Assembly: GCA_963662315.1 (NCBI GenBank)
Contig: OY759353.1
Span: 4,032,001-4,096,000, forward strand
Length of the DNA: 64,000 bases
Source of the DNA: Geopsychrobacteraceae bacterium
GTDB lineage: Bacteria > Desulfobacterota > Desulfuromonadia > Desulfuromonadales > Geopsychrobacteraceae
Reading direction: 5' to 3'
Below the pieces are notes generated by a model. That model was given only the letters and a program-made list of their open reading frames with translations, did not search any database and was not told the origin of the DNA. A program made the translations under genes and the position numbers. Every line of letters starts with the position of its first letter. Positions within the stretch are counted from its first letter, which is position 1. Shown here piece after piece: positions 1 to 11,668 of the stretch.

Positions 1-9
1 GATAAGTTG

Positions 10-25
10 TTCTCATATTTGAGAA
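10..25. promoter_or_regulatory. Palindrome TTCTCA-N4-TGAGAA, candidate upstream activator site 1
   Basis: ttctca-tatt-tgagaa; the same core recurs at 82-97; lies upstream of a sigma54 promoter. Confidence 0.6.
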
Positions 26-74
26 AGCCTCTTGTCTGCGAGCATTCCTACATATTCTACAGATCAGAATTGTG

Positions 75-104
75 AAGGCGCTTCTCAAAATTGAGAAGCG
101 CCTT
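75..104. promoter_or_regulatory. Perfect 14-bp inverted repeat containing TTCTCA-N4-TGAGAA (activator site 2 and/or terminator of an upstream gene)
   Basis: aaggcgcttctcaa-aa-ttgagaagcgcctt. Confidence 0.6.
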
Positions 105-161
105 TGCTGTAGAATGGGTTTCTCTTTGTGTAACATGCTTAAATAAATAGTTTTTCCGTTC

Positions 162-177
162 TGGCACTGAGCTTGCT
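162..177 (+). promoter_or_regulatory. sigma54 (RpoN) -24/-12 promoter
   Basis: TGGCAC-tgagc-TTGCT matches TGGCAC-N5-TTGC exactly, about 60 nt upstream of the CitMHS start. Confidence 0.85.
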
Positions 178-237
178 CATGTTGATAATGAGAAACTGGA
201 AACTGTGTTTATTCATCAACTAAACAAGGAGGTTTGT

Positions 238-1536
238 ATGTTGGCGTTTTGGGGTTTCTGCATTATCGCGGTGTTGCTCGTTTTGGTTATGACCAAGCGC
301 ACATCTGTTCTGGTCGCTTTGGTCGGGGTACCGATAGTTTTTGGTCTTATTGCCGGCTTAGGGCCCGGAATCGGTAAACTTATGCTGGATGGTTTGAAGG
401 GCGTTGCTGCCACCGGGATCATGCTGACTTTTGCCATTCTTTACTTCAGTGTCATGAATGACGCCGGGATGTTTGACCCGATTATAAAAGGTATTATCCG
501 GTTTGGCGGCAAAGACCCGGTAAAAATTGTTATGGGAACGGCGCTTATTGCGATGGTTGCCCACCTTGATGGTTCTGGTGCATCAACTTTTCTCGTCTGT
601 ATTCCGGCCATGCTCCCCATCTACGATAAACTGCAAATTGACCGAAGAGTATTGGCCTGTGTTGCCGCTTTGGGGGCAGGGACAATGAATGTTGTCCCCT
701 GGGGTGGGCCGACATTAAGGGCCGCCACATCACTGCACCTTGAAATGAAGGATCTCTTTAATCCAGTTCTCCCTGCCTTTATTGCCGGTCTAATTGCTGT
801 TCTCGGTATCAGCTACTGGCTGGGTAAAGGGGAAAAAAAGCGCCTGGGCAATATGCCTGCAGATATGCAGGTACAGCTGGATGAACACATGTTTGATGAT
901 AATTCCGAACTGAAACGGCCTAAATTGTTCTGGTTCAATATCGCTTTAACCGTTCTGGCCATTATCTGTCTGGTGAAAGGGATTCTGCCACTGCCCGCCG
1001 TTTTTGTTGTTGGTCTCGCAATTGCGCTGCTGGTTAACTATCCTAACGTAAAGACGCAGCAGGAACGTATTACTGCTCATGGTCAGGCCGCTATCCTGAT
1101 GATTTCCATTATTTTTGCGGCGGGTATTTTCACCGGAATCATGAAGGGCTCGGGCATGATCAAGGAACTTGCCCAGGCCATCGTTTCCTTTGTACCGGAA
1201 GGTATCGGCGGGCACTTACCGGTTCTTACCGGGATTACCTCGATGCCTGCCAGTCTATTGTTTGATCCAGATTCTTATTATTTTGGCGTCCTTCCCGTTT
1301 TGTCCTCAGCTGCTGAAGCATTTGGTGTTGCAGGAGTTGAAGTAGCAAGGGCGGCAATTCTCGGTCAGATGACAACCGGGTTCCCGGTGAGTCCTTTGAC
1401 GGCATCCACATTCCTGCTTATCGGTTTGGCAGGAGTTGATCTGGGTGATCATCAAAAGAAGACCATTCCTCTGGCGTTTCTGGTGACTCTGGTGATGGTT
1501 TTTGTGGCAGTGATTACCGGTGCCATAAGGTTGTGA
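238..1536 (+). CDS. CitMHS-family (citrate-metal:H+ symporter-like) carboxylate transporter
   Basis: Polytopic hydrophobic ORF with family motifs [46 protein letters not shown] before ATG 238. Confidence 0.88.
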   Translation: MLAFWGFCIIAVLLVLVMTKRTSVLVALVGVPIVFGLIAGLGPGIGKLMLDGLKGVAATGIMLTFAILYFSVMNDAGMFDPIIKGIIRFGGKDPVKIVMGTALIAMVAHLDGSGASTFLVCIPAMLPIYDKLQIDRRVLACVAALGAGTMNVVPWGGPTLRAATSLHLEMKDLFNPVLPAFIAGLIAVLGISYWLGKGEKKRLGNMPADMQVQLDEHMFDDNSELKRPKLFWFNIALTVLAIICLVKGILPLPAVFVVGLAIALLVNYPNVKTQQERITAHGQAAILMISIIFAAGIFTGIMKGSGMIKELAQAIVSFVPEGIGGHLPVLTGITSMPASLLFDPDSYYFGVLPVLSSAAEAFGVAGVEVARAAILGQMTTGFPVSPLTASTFLLIGLAGVDLGDHQKKTIPLAFLVTLVMVFVAVITGAIRL

Positions 1537-1561
1537 TTGAATTTGTTGCAGGAGACATTGA

Positions 1562-2920
1562 ATGACTTTGAATAATAAAAAAACTGTTGTTATCGGTTCT
1601 GGAGCGGGATATTCGGGGGACCGGATTGAGCCAGCCGAAGAGTTGGTTCGCAGTGGCAAGCTTGATTATATCTGTTTCGAATGTTTGGCAGAGAGAACCA
1701 TCGCTCTGGCTCAATTGAAAAAATCTCAAGATCCCCTCGATGGCTACGATCCGCTGCTTATCGAACGGATGGAGCGCATGTTGCCATTGTGCTACGAAAA
1801 TAAGGTCAAGCTGATCACCAACATGGGGGCAGCAAACCCATTGGCCGCTCTTGAGAAAACGCTAGAAATTGCCAGAAAGCACAATCTCAAAGGTCTAAAA
1901 ATAGCCGCTGTTTATGGGGATGATGTTGCTGATGTTGTGAAAGACATTGATCCGATTTTACTGGAAACACAAAAACCATTAAGCGAATCGATTGACAAAA
2001 TTGTTTCTGCCAACGCTTATCTCGGCATTGAGAGTATTTTGCCGGCCTTGAAGCAGGGGGCCGATGTGATCATCACTGGACGGGTATCCGATCCGGCACT
2101 GTTTTTGGCCCCCCTGGTCCACGAATTCGATTGGGATCTTGAAGAGTGGACACTGTTGGGCAAGGGCACTGTGGTCGGGCATTTGCTTGAATGTGCAGGC
2201 CAGGTCACCGGCGGATATTACGCTGAACCAGGCAAAAAGGAGGTTCCCGATTTCGCTAATCTTGGGTTTCCATATATGGAAGTCGCGGAAAATGGGGATG
2301 CCGTTGTTACAAAGCTATCCAATCAGGGGGGGAAGGTCGTTCCTTCGACGTGTAAAGAGCAGTTGATATATGAAATTCATGACCCAACTCAATACAAGAC
2401 TCCTGATGTCACTGCGGATTTCTCAAAGGTCAGCTTTGCTACGGTAGGTGAAGACCGGGTGCGTATTTCTGGCGGAGATGGTAACCCCAGGCCAGAGCAA
2501 TTAAAAGTGAGCATCGGTTACCATGGGGGATTTATTGGTGAAGGAGCCATCGGTTATGCCGGCCCCGGGGCTGTCGCTCGCGCAGAGCTGGCTGCTGACA
2601 CAGTACGCCAGAGACTGGAGAATATCGGGGCAAAATATTCGGAAATTCGTTTTGACCTAGTGGGAGTTAATGCTTTGCACCGGGAAGCTTCTAGCACTGA
2701 TAATTATGAGCCTTACGAGGTGTTGTTACGGGTTGCGGCAAAAACAGATACCGCAAAAGATGCTGCTTTAATCGGCAGAGAGGTCGAAACGCTCTATACC
2801 AATGGCCCTGCCGGTGGCGGGGGAGCAACCAAGGGGGTTCGTGAGATTATTGCCGTAATGTCGGCCTTTATTCCGCGCCACATGGTGACACGGCAATTAG
2901 CTGTCAAGGAGGTCGAATAG
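1562..2920 (+). CDS. Acyclic terpene utilization AtuA-family protein (DUF1446)
   Basis: N-terminal IGSGAGYSGDR, FECLAERT, GADVIITGRVSD, GHLLECAGQVTGG, EQLIYEIHDP..Y.TPDV. Confidence 0.88.
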   Translation: MTLNNKKTVVIGSGAGYSGDRIEPAEELVRSGKLDYICFECLAERTIALAQLKKSQDPLDGYDPLLIERMERMLPLCYENKVKLITNMGAANPLAALEKTLEIARKHNLKGLKIAAVYGDDVADVVKDIDPILLETQKPLSESIDKIVSANAYLGIESILPALKQGADVIITGRVSDPALFLAPLVHEFDWDLEEWTLLGKGTVVGHLLECAGQVTGGYYAEPGKKEVPDFANLGFPYMEVAENGDAVVTKLSNQGGKVVPSTCKEQLIYEIHDPTQYKTPDVTADFSKVSFATVGEDRVRISGGDGNPRPEQLKVSIGYHGGFIGEGAIGYAGPGAVARAELAADTVRQRLENIGAKYSEIRFDLVGVNALHREASSTDNYEPYEVLLRVAAKTDTAKDAALIGREVETLYTNGPAGGGGATKGVREIIAVMSAFIPRHMVTRQLAVKEVE

Positions 2921-2921
2921 C

Positions 2922-3239
2922 ATGGCTAAAGTAAAACTTTGGGAAGTGGCTCATGCCAGGACCGGGGATAAAGGGGACACTTCGAATATTTCGTTAATCC
3001 CGTATGACGAGAGTCACTATCAGCTGCTTAAAGAACAGGTCACGGCAGAGGTCGTCAAGAAGCATTTTGAACATGTGGCTCATGGTGAAGTGCTCCGTTA
3101 CGAACTCCCTTGTATCTGTAGCTTCAACTTCGTCTTGAAAAAAGCACTGTGCGGAGGGGTGACCTCGTCTCTGGCTCTTGACACACATGGGAAATCGTTG
3201 AGCTCGTCTTTGCTGACTATTGAAATTGATCTGCCATAA
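2922..3239 (+). CDS. Small AtuA-related protein (stand-alone AtuA C-terminal-like domain)
   Basis: [33 protein letters not shown]; begins 1 nt after the DUF1446 gene with a GGAGG RBS. Confidence 0.8.
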   Translation: MAKVKLWEVAHARTGDKGDTSNISLIPYDESHYQLLKEQVTAEVVKKHFEHVAHGEVLRYELPCICSFNFVLKKALCGGVTSSLALDTHGKSLSSSLLTIEIDLP

Positions 3240-3270
3240 AGAGAACTATCAAGGATTCAAAGGAATTATT

Positions 3271-4449
3271 ATGAAAGAAACCTATATAGTCGGTGCGGCC
3301 CGCACAGCGATCGGAAGTTTCGGTGGCAGCCTGGCCGGGACCGGGCCGGTTGAGCTTGGCCGGGTTGCGGTTAGCGAAGCCCTGCGCCGTGCCGCTGTCA
3401 GTGCGGAAGAGATTGATGAAGTGATTCTTGGTTGTGTCTTGCAGGCGGGATTAGGACAGAACATCGCCCGTCAGGTGCTGATTGCGGCAGGAATCCCGCA
3501 GGACAAGTGTGCCCAGACCCTGAATATGGTTTGTGGCTCCGGCCTGCGGACCGTTGCTGCCGCAGCGCAGGCCATTGCTGCCGGTGATTCCGGCATCGTT
3601 GTTGCTGGTGGCAGCGAGAACATGAGCATGGCGAACTACCTACTCCCCAAAGCCCGTAACGGTTACCGCATGGGGCATGGCGAGATCATCGACTCCATGG
3701 TCTATGACGGGCTGACGGATATCTTCAATCACTACCACATGGGGATCACCGCCGAGAACCTGGCAGAAAAGTACGCGTTAAGCCGTGAAGATCAGGATGC
3801 TTTTTCGGCGCTCAGCCAGCAACGGGCCGAAGCGGCCATTACGGCGGGCCGGTTCAAAGACGAGATCGTGCCGGTGCTGATTCCGCAGCGTAAAGGCGAT
3901 CCTGTTGTTTTTGATACGGATGAATTCCCCCGTTTCGGCACCACCGCTGCATCCCTCGGCAAACTGCGTCCCGCCTTTAAAAAAGACGGCAGCGTCACCG
4001 CCGGGAATGCTTCCGGCGTCAATGACGGCGCAGCTGCGCTCGTTGTTGCCGGAGCGGACGCCGTCAGCGCCAGGAATCTGACACCCCTGGCGCGGATCGT
4101 CTCCTACGGCTGGTATGGGTGTGATCCGGCCATCATGGGGATCGGCCCGGTCGAAGCGACGCGCCTGGCGCTGAAAAAGGCCGGTTGGACGGTCGGCGAT
4201 CTCGACCTGATCGAAGCCAACGAAGCCTTTGCCGCCCAGTCGTTGTCGGTGATGAAGGAGCTGGAGCTTGATCCGGCCATCACCAACGTCAATGGCGGCG
4301 CCATCGCCCTTGGCCATCCCATTGGAGCGTCCGGGGCCCGGATCCTGACCACGCTGCTGTACGAGATGCAGAAACGCGATGCCAAGAAAGGGCTGGCGAC
4401 CTTATGCATCGGTGGCGGCATGGGTATCGCCATGTGCGTAGAACGCTAA
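3271..4449 (+). CDS. atoB: Acetyl-CoA C-acetyltransferase (thiolase), copy 1
   Basis: [22 protein letters not shown] and CIGGGMG motifs; start set by alignment with copy 2. Confidence 0.95.
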   Translation: MKETYIVGAARTAIGSFGGSLAGTGPVELGRVAVSEALRRAAVSAEEIDEVILGCVLQAGLGQNIARQVLIAAGIPQDKCAQTLNMVCGSGLRTVAAAAQAIAAGDSGIVVAGGSENMSMANYLLPKARNGYRMGHGEIIDSMVYDGLTDIFNHYHMGITAENLAEKYALSREDQDAFSALSQQRAEAAITAGRFKDEIVPVLIPQRKGDPVVFDTDEFPRFGTTAASLGKLRPAFKKDGSVTAGNASGVNDGAAALVVAGADAVSARNLTPLARIVSYGWYGCDPAIMGIGPVEATRLALKKAGWTVGDLDLIEANEAFAAQSLSVMKELELDPAITNVNGGAIALGHPIGASGARILTTLLYEMQKRDAKKGLATLCIGGGMGIAMCVER

Positions 4450-4460
4450 GGGAGATCATC

Positions 4461-5151
4461 ATGAACAAAGAAGTGACAATTACCGAGGCCATGACGCATA
4501 TCAAAAGCGGCATGACCATCATGAGTAATGGCTTCATGGGGGTCAAAAGCCCCGAAACCATCATCGATGCCATGGTCGAGCAGGGGATTGGCGACATCAC
4601 CCTGATCTCCACCGACACCGCTGTACCGGGTGTCGCCACGGGGAAATTGATTGGCAACAAGCGGGTCAAGAAACTCTATGCTTCCCACATCGGTCTCAAC
4701 CCGGAATCGGGTGCCCAGATGAATGCCGGTGAAATGGAGGTTGAACTGGTGCCGCAGGGGACCCTGGCTGAACGGATTCGCTGCGGGGGGGCCGGTCTTG
4801 GCGGAGTGCTGACCCCGACGGGAATCGGGACCGAAGTCGAAAAGGGGAAACAGAAACTGACCGTGGGCGGCAAAGAGTATCTGCTCGAACTGCCACTGCA
4901 TGCCGATGTCGCCATCATCAAAGGGACCATCTGCGATCGGGCCGGAAACGTCTTTTACCGTGGCACCTCCAAAAACTTCAGCCTCGTCATGGCGATGGCC
5001 GCGGATTACGTCATCGTCGAAGCGGACAAGATCGTCGAAGTGGGCGAACTGGGTCCCGAGCAGATCATGACCCCCGGAGTATTTGTCGATGCCGTCGTGC
5101 TGTCGGAGCCGCAATACCGGATCGAAGCAGAGAAACTGCAGGAGGTGCTTC

Positions 5152-5159
<8 letters not shown>
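4461..5159 (+). CDS. atoD: Acetoacetate/3-oxoacid CoA-transferase subunit A (alpha), copy 1
   Basis: ASHIGLNP and PQGTLAERIRCGGAGLGG.LTPTG motifs; GGAG RBS before ATG 4461. Confidence 0.92.
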
Positions 5160-5787
<628 letters not shown>

Positions 5788-5875
5788 GCATCGGTAACAG
5801 AACAAACAGATCCAAGGCGGGCCCCTTCACCCTGCCTTCAAGTTAAAGGTGCCTCAGAGGTGAGCGCACTGATTG

Positions 5876-5907
5876 CCCGGGCGGCTTAACGCTGCCCGGG
5901 ATTTTTT
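5876..5907 (+). terminator. Intrinsic terminator after atoA copy 1
   Basis: cccgggcggc-ttaac-gctgcccggg followed by atttttt. Confidence 0.8.
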
Positions 5908-5941
5908 ATGAAAAGGGAGCGCACTGGTCCGAGAATCTTTT

Positions 5942-5970
5942 TTGACAAGTTGCTTATCTTTGGCAATACT
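5942..5970 (+). promoter_or_regulatory. Putative sigma70 promoter of atoSC
   Basis: TTGACA, 17-bp spacer, AATACT. Confidence 0.45.
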
Positions 5971-6029
5971 GGCGGCCAATATCATGTTGCTTTTACCCTT
6001 ATAATATCCCCATTGAACATGGAGTACCC

Positions 6030-7514
6030 ATGAGGCACATTCCAGTTCGGACATTTATTTTTTTCTGCATGTCAGCAATTATTGCCATCGCATCTTTGAG
6101 TGTTGGCTATTACTTGATACAACATGCCAGAGCCACTCTCGTCAGTGAAAAACAGAATAAACTCTTTGCTTTTACCCATCTTCTGGACAATGGCTTAAAA
6201 GGGACATTTAACGACATTCTTGTCGCTGAGGGGTATGAGGATGCGCCCCGCGACAAGAAAATAGAGATCCTTAACAACAGTCTGGAAGCATTCACTGATA
6301 GCGTCGCCAAAGCTCAGCCTGGTATCGGTGTTGGTTACTATTCAAAAGATCTGAATGCGATAATCACTTATGGCCCCAGTGACCTTTTGGGACATATGGT
6401 CAAACTGTCAATCAAGGCTGATCATCAGGGGCTTCAGGTTATGAAAAATGCTACGCCCATGGTTCAGACCGGGCGTCTTGTGCGCGGCTCAATTATGAAT
6501 TGCATGCTGCCATTAATCAGAAATGGTGAAGTAATCGGTTATGTTTGGGCCAATGAGCTGGTCGATGACATTAACAATCAACTTCACCAAATGTCTTCAA
6601 CGTCTTATGTCATTATTGGCGTCGGTATTCTCTTTTCTTTTTTGGGGACGGCCTTTATCGCTCAGGTCGTCGGGAGGAGGATTCATGAAATAAATTCGGC
6701 AATAAAGATCATTGAAGACGATCCCTCTTTCCGGATCCCCCCCATGGCTGGAGATTTAGGCGAAATTGCCCGATCTATTAATGAATTTGCTGAGCGCTTG
6801 ATCATAAGACGCAAGCTCGAAGAACAGATGCAGCAAACTGACCGCTTGGTCGCTTTAGGAGAAATAGCCGCCGGTGTGGCCCATGAAATTCGTAACCCGC
6901 TGACGTCCATTAAAGGGTTTGTGCAATTAATTGAATCGGAGATGGCGGAACATGATCCGCAGCGACAATATACTAATATTGTCATTACCGAGACGGACCG
7001 ACTTAATAAAATTGTTCATGAGCTGTTGTATTACGCCCGGCCAAGCGATACGTTCAGAAGCAATATCAACATTAATAAAATTCTGATGGACAGCCTGCAG
7101 TTGGTCAATATTAACGTGGCACCGCGGGAAATAAGCATCGAGACTTTCTTGGCTGAGACCCTCCCTGAGATGAGCGGGGATCCGGAACAGCTCAAGCAGG
7201 TTTTTCTTAATCTGCTGATGAATGCCGTGCAGGCGCTTGAAGGGAAAGGGCAGATCATGGTCCGCTCTGAAGTGGCACAGGAGGGTATCCTGGTGACCAT
7301 CGAAGACGATGGGAAAGGCATTGTCCCGGATCATCTTGATCGGATATTCAGTCCGTTTTTTACCACACGTAGTGATGGTACTGGTCTGGGTCTTGCAGTA
7401 GTGCAGAAGATAGTAGCTTTACATCATGGCGAGATCCGTGCAGAAAATATCAATGGTGGAGGTGCTCGCTTTATCCTTTTATTCCCTCTAGCAGAAAAGA
7501 TCGAATTGCTATGA
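6030..7514 (+). CDS. atoS: Membrane sensor histidine kinase, AtoS-like
   Basis: Two TM segments; periplasmic GIGVGYYSKDLNAIITYGPS region; HisKA AHEIRNPL; HATPase boxes; adjacent to ato genes. Confidence 0.85.
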   Translation: MRHIPVRTFIFFCMSAIIAIASLSVGYYLIQHARATLVSEKQNKLFAFTHLLDNGLKGTFNDILVAEGYEDAPRDKKIEILNNSLEAFTDSVAKAQPGIGVGYYSKDLNAIITYGPSDLLGHMVKLSIKADHQGLQVMKNATPMVQTGRLVRGSIMNCMLPLIRNGEVIGYVWANELVDDINNQLHQMSSTSYVIIGVGILFSFLGTAFIAQVVGRRIHEINSAIKIIEDDPSFRIPPMAGDLGEIARSINEFAERLIIRRKLEEQMQQTDRLVALGEIAAGVAHEIRNPLTSIKGFVQLIESEMAEHDPQRQYTNIVITETDRLNKIVHELLYYARPSDTFRSNININKILMDSLQLVNINVAPREISIETFLAETLPEMSGDPEQLKQVFLNLLMNAVQALEGKGQIMVRSEVAQEGILVTIEDDGKGIVPDHLDRIFSPFFTTRSDGTGLGLAVVQKIVALHHGEIRAENINGGGARFILLFPLAEKIELL

Positions 7515-8890
7515 AAACGCCAGAAAAGGACATTTTGATAGCCGATGATGAGGAACATATCCGGATTCTTCTCAGCGAGCTGCTCAAAAAACAGGGCTTT
7601 ACAACGTATCTCGCTAATAACGGGCAAGAAGCCTTGACGATCATGGAACAAGAGCAGCCCCACCTGGTTCTTATGGATATCATGATGCCGATTATGACCG
7701 GCCTGGATGCCTTTAAAGTCATTCGAGAAAAGTGGCCGGAGACAGATGTCATCATGATGACTGCTTTTGCTGGTGTTGATACGGCTGTTGAAGCAATGAA
7801 GCTTGGGGCCTTTAATTACATATCCAAGCCATTTAACAATTCTGAAATTCTGGTCAACGTCAGGCGCGCTTTTGAAATACAGAATTTAACTAAGGAAGTT
7901 GAGACGCTCAGGGAGGTCGTCAGTAGCCGTTTTTCCATCAATAATATCATTGGAAAATCGGTACAAATGCAGGAAGTCTTCAAAAATATCGGCCGGGTTG
8001 CTCCAACAAACAGTACTGTTCTGATTGAGGGGGAAAGTGGTACCGGGAAAGAACTGATTGCCCGCTCCATCCATTTCAACAGTAATCGTAGCAAGGGGCC
8101 GCTGATAAATATTAACTGTGCGGCAATTCCGGAGACGCTGTTGGAAAATGAATTGTTTGGGCACGAAAAGGGTGCCTTTACCGGTGCGACAAATATCCAA
8201 AAAGGCAAGTTTGAAATTGCTGCCGGAGGGACTATTTTTCTTGATGAAATCAGTGAAATGAGTCCGAATTTGCAGGCCAAGTTCCTGCGGGTCCTGCAGG
8301 ATCGTGAATTTTATCGCATCGGCGGCGGTGTACCGATCCGTGCGGATGTCAGGGTTATTGCCGCTTCGAACATTAACCTGGGGAAAGCGATTCTCGATGG
8401 TCGTTTTAGGGAAGACCTGTATTACCGGTTGAATGTGGTGTGTATTCATATCCCGCCGTTGCGTAAGCGGGGGGAAGATATCCCGCTGCTGGTTGAGCAT
8501 TTTATTAATCGCCTCAACCAGCAAAATGATAAAAAAGTTCAGCGCGTTGATGCGGGAGCCATGGAGGCACTGCTACGCTATACGTGGCCGGGCAATGTTC
8601 GGGAACTGGAAAATGCGGTGGAGTGTGCTGTTGTCATGGGGCAGGGGGGAGTTCTCATGAAAGAGGATCTTCCTGCTTCAATCACTGCCGGACTGCATGA
8701 TAAAGCGATCAGAGGGTTTCAGCCAAACGGTGAATCGTTGAGGGAGATGCTTGAAAACACAGAAAAAAGTATCTTGAAAGCACATCTTGACCAATGGCAA
8801 TGGAACCGGGTCAAAACCGCAGAAAAACTCAAAATGAGCCGTAAGGCCTTGATCTATAAAATTGATAAATACAATTTGTCTCCGGATTAA
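7511..8890 (+). CDS. atoC: sigma54-dependent response regulator, AtoC-like
   Basis: REC domain, GESGTGKE, GAFTGA, C-terminal Fis HTH; coupled to atoS. Confidence 0.88.
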   Translation: MKTPEKDILIADDEEHIRILLSELLKKQGFTTYLANNGQEALTIMEQEQPHLVLMDIMMPIMTGLDAFKVIREKWPETDVIMMTAFAGVDTAVEAMKLGAFNYISKPFNNSEILVNVRRAFEIQNLTKEVETLREVVSSRFSINNIIGKSVQMQEVFKNIGRVAPTNSTVLIEGESGTGKELIARSIHFNSNRSKGPLININCAAIPETLLENELFGHEKGAFTGATNIQKGKFEIAAGGTIFLDEISEMSPNLQAKFLRVLQDREFYRIGGGVPIRADVRVIAASNINLGKAILDGRFREDLYYRLNVVCIHIPPLRKRGEDIPLLVEHFINRLNQQNDKKVQRVDAGAMEALLRYTWPGNVRELENAVECAVVMGQGGVLMKEDLPASITAGLHDKAIRGFQPNGESLREMLENTEKSILKAHLDQWQWNRVKTAEKLKMSRKALIYKIDKYNLSPD

Positions 8891-8900
8891 TGAGAATTTC

Positions 8901-8917
8901 TGTGTAATCTTTACACA
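8901..8917. promoter_or_regulatory. Palindrome TGTGTAA-N3-TTACACA, candidate AtoC binding site
   Basis: Perfect 7-3-7 inverted repeat about 85 bp upstream of a -24/-12 element. Confidence 0.6.
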
Positions 8918-9000
8918 TTGGCCCCAAAACTTTTCACACCTCAAAGCTCTATTTCTCTTAGAATCCTTATAACTACCTGTACTTAATGGCTATGTTCCTT

Positions 9001-9016
9001 TGGCATGAATGGTGCT
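9001..9016 (+). promoter_or_regulatory. sigma54 -24/-12 promoter of atoE-atoBDA
   Basis: TGGCAT-gaatg-GTGCT (GG-N10-GC). Confidence 0.7.
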
Positions 9017-9093
9017 CATCTGTGCAGATGCTGCCGCACCATTAACTGTTGTCTGTTTCTGTTACAGACAAAAATCACCCAGGGAGGAAACAT

Positions 9094-10422
9094 ATGATTC
9101 GAGGGCTTGCTGCGTTTTTCACCAAAATTGTCCGTCGTTGGCTGCCGGACGCATTTCTGTTTGCTGCAATTTTGACGTTTATTGTCTTTGTTTTTGGAGT
9201 GATTCTTGAGGGGCAATCACCCATCTCTATGGTGAAATACTGGGGAGATGGTTTCTGGAAACTGCTAGCTTTTGCCATGCAGATGGTTTTGGTGCTGGTG
9301 ACCGGTCATACCTTGGCAAAGACCAAAGTTGTTGAAGGTATTCTGAAGGGAATCGCCGGAATAGCTAAAACCCCATCCCAGGCCATTATGGTGACGACTT
9401 TTGTTGCATTGGTTGCCTGCTGGATCAACTGGGGGTTTGGACTGATTGTTGGTGCTTTGCTGGCCAGGGAAATGGTTAAAAAGGTTAAAGGAATTCACTA
9501 CGGACTGCTGGTTGCCTCAGCCTATACCGGGTTTATTATCTGGCATGCCGGACTGTCCGGGTCGATCCCTCTTAAGATTGCTGATGGTAAAGGGTTCATG
9601 GCCCAAATTACCGGGGGCGTTCAAATCCCTGTCGCTGACACGATCTTTTCCGGATACAGCCTGTTGATTTGCGTTATCCTGCTAATCTCCTTACCGATTA
9701 TCAACGTGCTGATGTCACCCAAGGAAGAAGAAGTCATCGAGGCGGATCCTGCATTGTTTGCCGATGACGAAAAAGTTGTCGAGGTTAAGCCAAAGTCAGA
9801 GATGACCCCCGCTGAAAAAATTGAGAACTCGATGATAGTTTCTCTGCTGCTGGGAATTCTTGGTATGGCGTACATCGTCTATTATTTTACTACCGGAGGT
9901 TCTTTAGGACTCGATAGCGTTAACCTGATCTTCCTGTTTTTGGGTATTCTGCTCCACAAAACTCCGGCCAATTACCTGCGGGTCATGAATGAAGCGATTA
10001 AAAATACGGGTGGTATTGTTCTTCAGTTTCCCCTTTATGCCGGGATTATGGGAATGATGGTCGGTTCAGGTCTGGCAGCATCGATTTCCGAATGGTTTGT
10101 CCAAGTTTCTACCGTTACCACCTTCCCCTTCTTCACCTATCTTTCCGCAGGTATTGTTAACTTCTTTGTTCCGTCAGGTGGGGGGCAATGGGCTGTCCAG
10201 GGACCAATTGTCATGCCTGCTGCCAAAGCCCTTGGTGTTCCTTTGGGAAAAGCGGCAATGGCAATTGCCTGGGGGGATGCCTGGACCAATATGGTACAGC
10301 CCTTCTGGGCGTTACCGTTGCTTGGCATTGCCGGACTGGGAATTCGCGATATAATGGGCTACTGCACCGTTGCCCTGATCTGGGGCGGAGTCGTGACATC
10401 CCTGATTCTGCTCATCATGTAG
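9094..10422 (+). CDS. atoE: Short-chain fatty acid transporter AtoE
   Basis: RWLPDAFLFA, LLAFAMQM, WH.GLSGSIPL, FVPSGGGQWAVQGP, WGDAWTNM.QPFWALP; GGAGG RBS. Confidence 0.93.
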   Translation: MIRGLAAFFTKIVRRWLPDAFLFAAILTFIVFVFGVILEGQSPISMVKYWGDGFWKLLAFAMQMVLVLVTGHTLAKTKVVEGILKGIAGIAKTPSQAIMVTTFVALVACWINWGFGLIVGALLAREMVKKVKGIHYGLLVASAYTGFIIWHAGLSGSIPLKIADGKGFMAQITGGVQIPVADTIFSGYSLLICVILLISLPIINVLMSPKEEEVIEADPALFADDEKVVEVKPKSEMTPAEKIENSMIVSLLLGILGMAYIVYYFTTGGSLGLDSVNLIFLFLGILLHKTPANYLRVMNEAIKNTGGIVLQFPLYAGIMGMMVGSGLAASISEWFVQVSTVTTFPFFTYLSAGIVNFFVPSGGGQWAVQGPIVMPAAKALGVPLGKAAMAIAWGDAWTNMVQPFWALPLLGIAGLGIRDIMGYCTVALIWGGVVTSLILLIM

Positions 10423-10478
10423 TGTCGCTGAGGCAGCTTTGCCGCTGCCTCATTAATTAACTCGATAGGGGTTGTGTT

Positions 10479-11657
10479 ATGAAAGAAACCTATATAGTCG
10501 GTGCGGCCCGCACAGCGATCGGAAGTTTCGGTGGCAGCCTGGCCGGGACTGACCCGGTTGAACTTGGCAGGGTTGCGGTTAGCGAAGCCCTGCGACGTGC
10601 TGGTGTCAGTGCGGAAGAGATTGATGAAGTGATTCTTGGTTGTGTCTTGCAGGCGGGATTAGGGCAGAACATCGCCCGTCAGGTGCTGATTGCGGCAGGC
10701 ATCCCGCAGGACAAGTGTGCCCAGACCCTGAATATGGTCTGTGGCTCCGGTTTGCGCACTGTTGCTGCCGCGGCGCAGGCGATTGCCGCGGGAGACTCTA
10801 GACTTGTTGTTGCTGGTGGTAGCGAGAACATGAGCATGGCGAATTACCTGCTGCCCAAAGCCCGTAACGGTTACCGCATGGGGAATGGCGAGATTGTCGA
10901 CTCCATGGTTCATGACGGGCTGACGGATATCTTCAATCACTACCATATGGGGATTACCGCCGAGAACCTGGCAGCCAAGTACGCGTTAAGCCGTGAAGAT
11001 CAGGATGCTTTTTCGGCGCTCAGCCAGCAACGGGCCGAAGCGGCCATTACGGCAGGTCGGTTCAAAGACGAGATCGTGCCGGTGCTGATTCCGCAGCGTA
11101 AAGGCGATCCTGTTGTTTTTGATACGGATGAATTCCCCCGTTTCGGTACAACCGCTGCATCCCTCGGCAAACTGCGTCCCGCCTTTAAAAAAGACGGCAC
11201 CGTTACCGCCGGGAATGCCTCCGGTGTCAATGACGGCGCGGCCGCCATCGTTGTTGCCGGAGCGGACGCCGTCAGCGCAAAAAACCTGACACCCCTGGCG
11301 CGGATCGTCTCCTACGGCTGGCATGGTTGTGATCCGGCCATCATGGGGATCGGCCCGGTCGAAGCGACGCGGCTGGCCCTGAAAAAAGCCGGTTGGACGG
11401 TGGGTGATCTTGACCTGATCGAAGCCAACGAAGCCTTTGCCGCCCAGTCGTTGTCGGTGATGAAAGAACTGGAGCTTGATCCGGCCATCACCAACGTCAA
11501 CGGTGGCGCCATCGCCCTTGGCCATCCCATCGGGGCCTCCGGAGCCCGGATCCTGACCACGCTGCTGTACGAGATGCAAAAGCGCGATGCCAAGAAAGGT
11601 CTGGCGACCTTGTGTATTGGTGGCGGCATGGGTATCGCCATGTGCGTAGAACGCTAA
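10479..11657 (+). CDS. atoB: Acetyl-CoA C-acetyltransferase (thiolase), copy 2
   Basis: Same thiolase motifs; about 12 aa differences from copy 1 by eye. Confidence 0.95.
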   Translation: MKETYIVGAARTAIGSFGGSLAGTDPVELGRVAVSEALRRAGVSAEEIDEVILGCVLQAGLGQNIARQVLIAAGIPQDKCAQTLNMVCGSGLRTVAAAAQAIAAGDSRLVVAGGSENMSMANYLLPKARNGYRMGNGEIVDSMVHDGLTDIFNHYHMGITAENLAAKYALSREDQDAFSALSQQRAEAAITAGRFKDEIVPVLIPQRKGDPVVFDTDEFPRFGTTAASLGKLRPAFKKDGTVTAGNASGVNDGAAAIVVAGADAVSAKNLTPLARIVSYGWHGCDPAIMGIGPVEATRLALKKAGWTVGDLDLIEANEAFAAQSLSVMKELELDPAITNVNGGAIALGHPIGASGARILTTLLYEMQKRDAKKGLATLCIGGGMGIAMCVER

Positions 11658-11668
11658 GGGAGATCATC

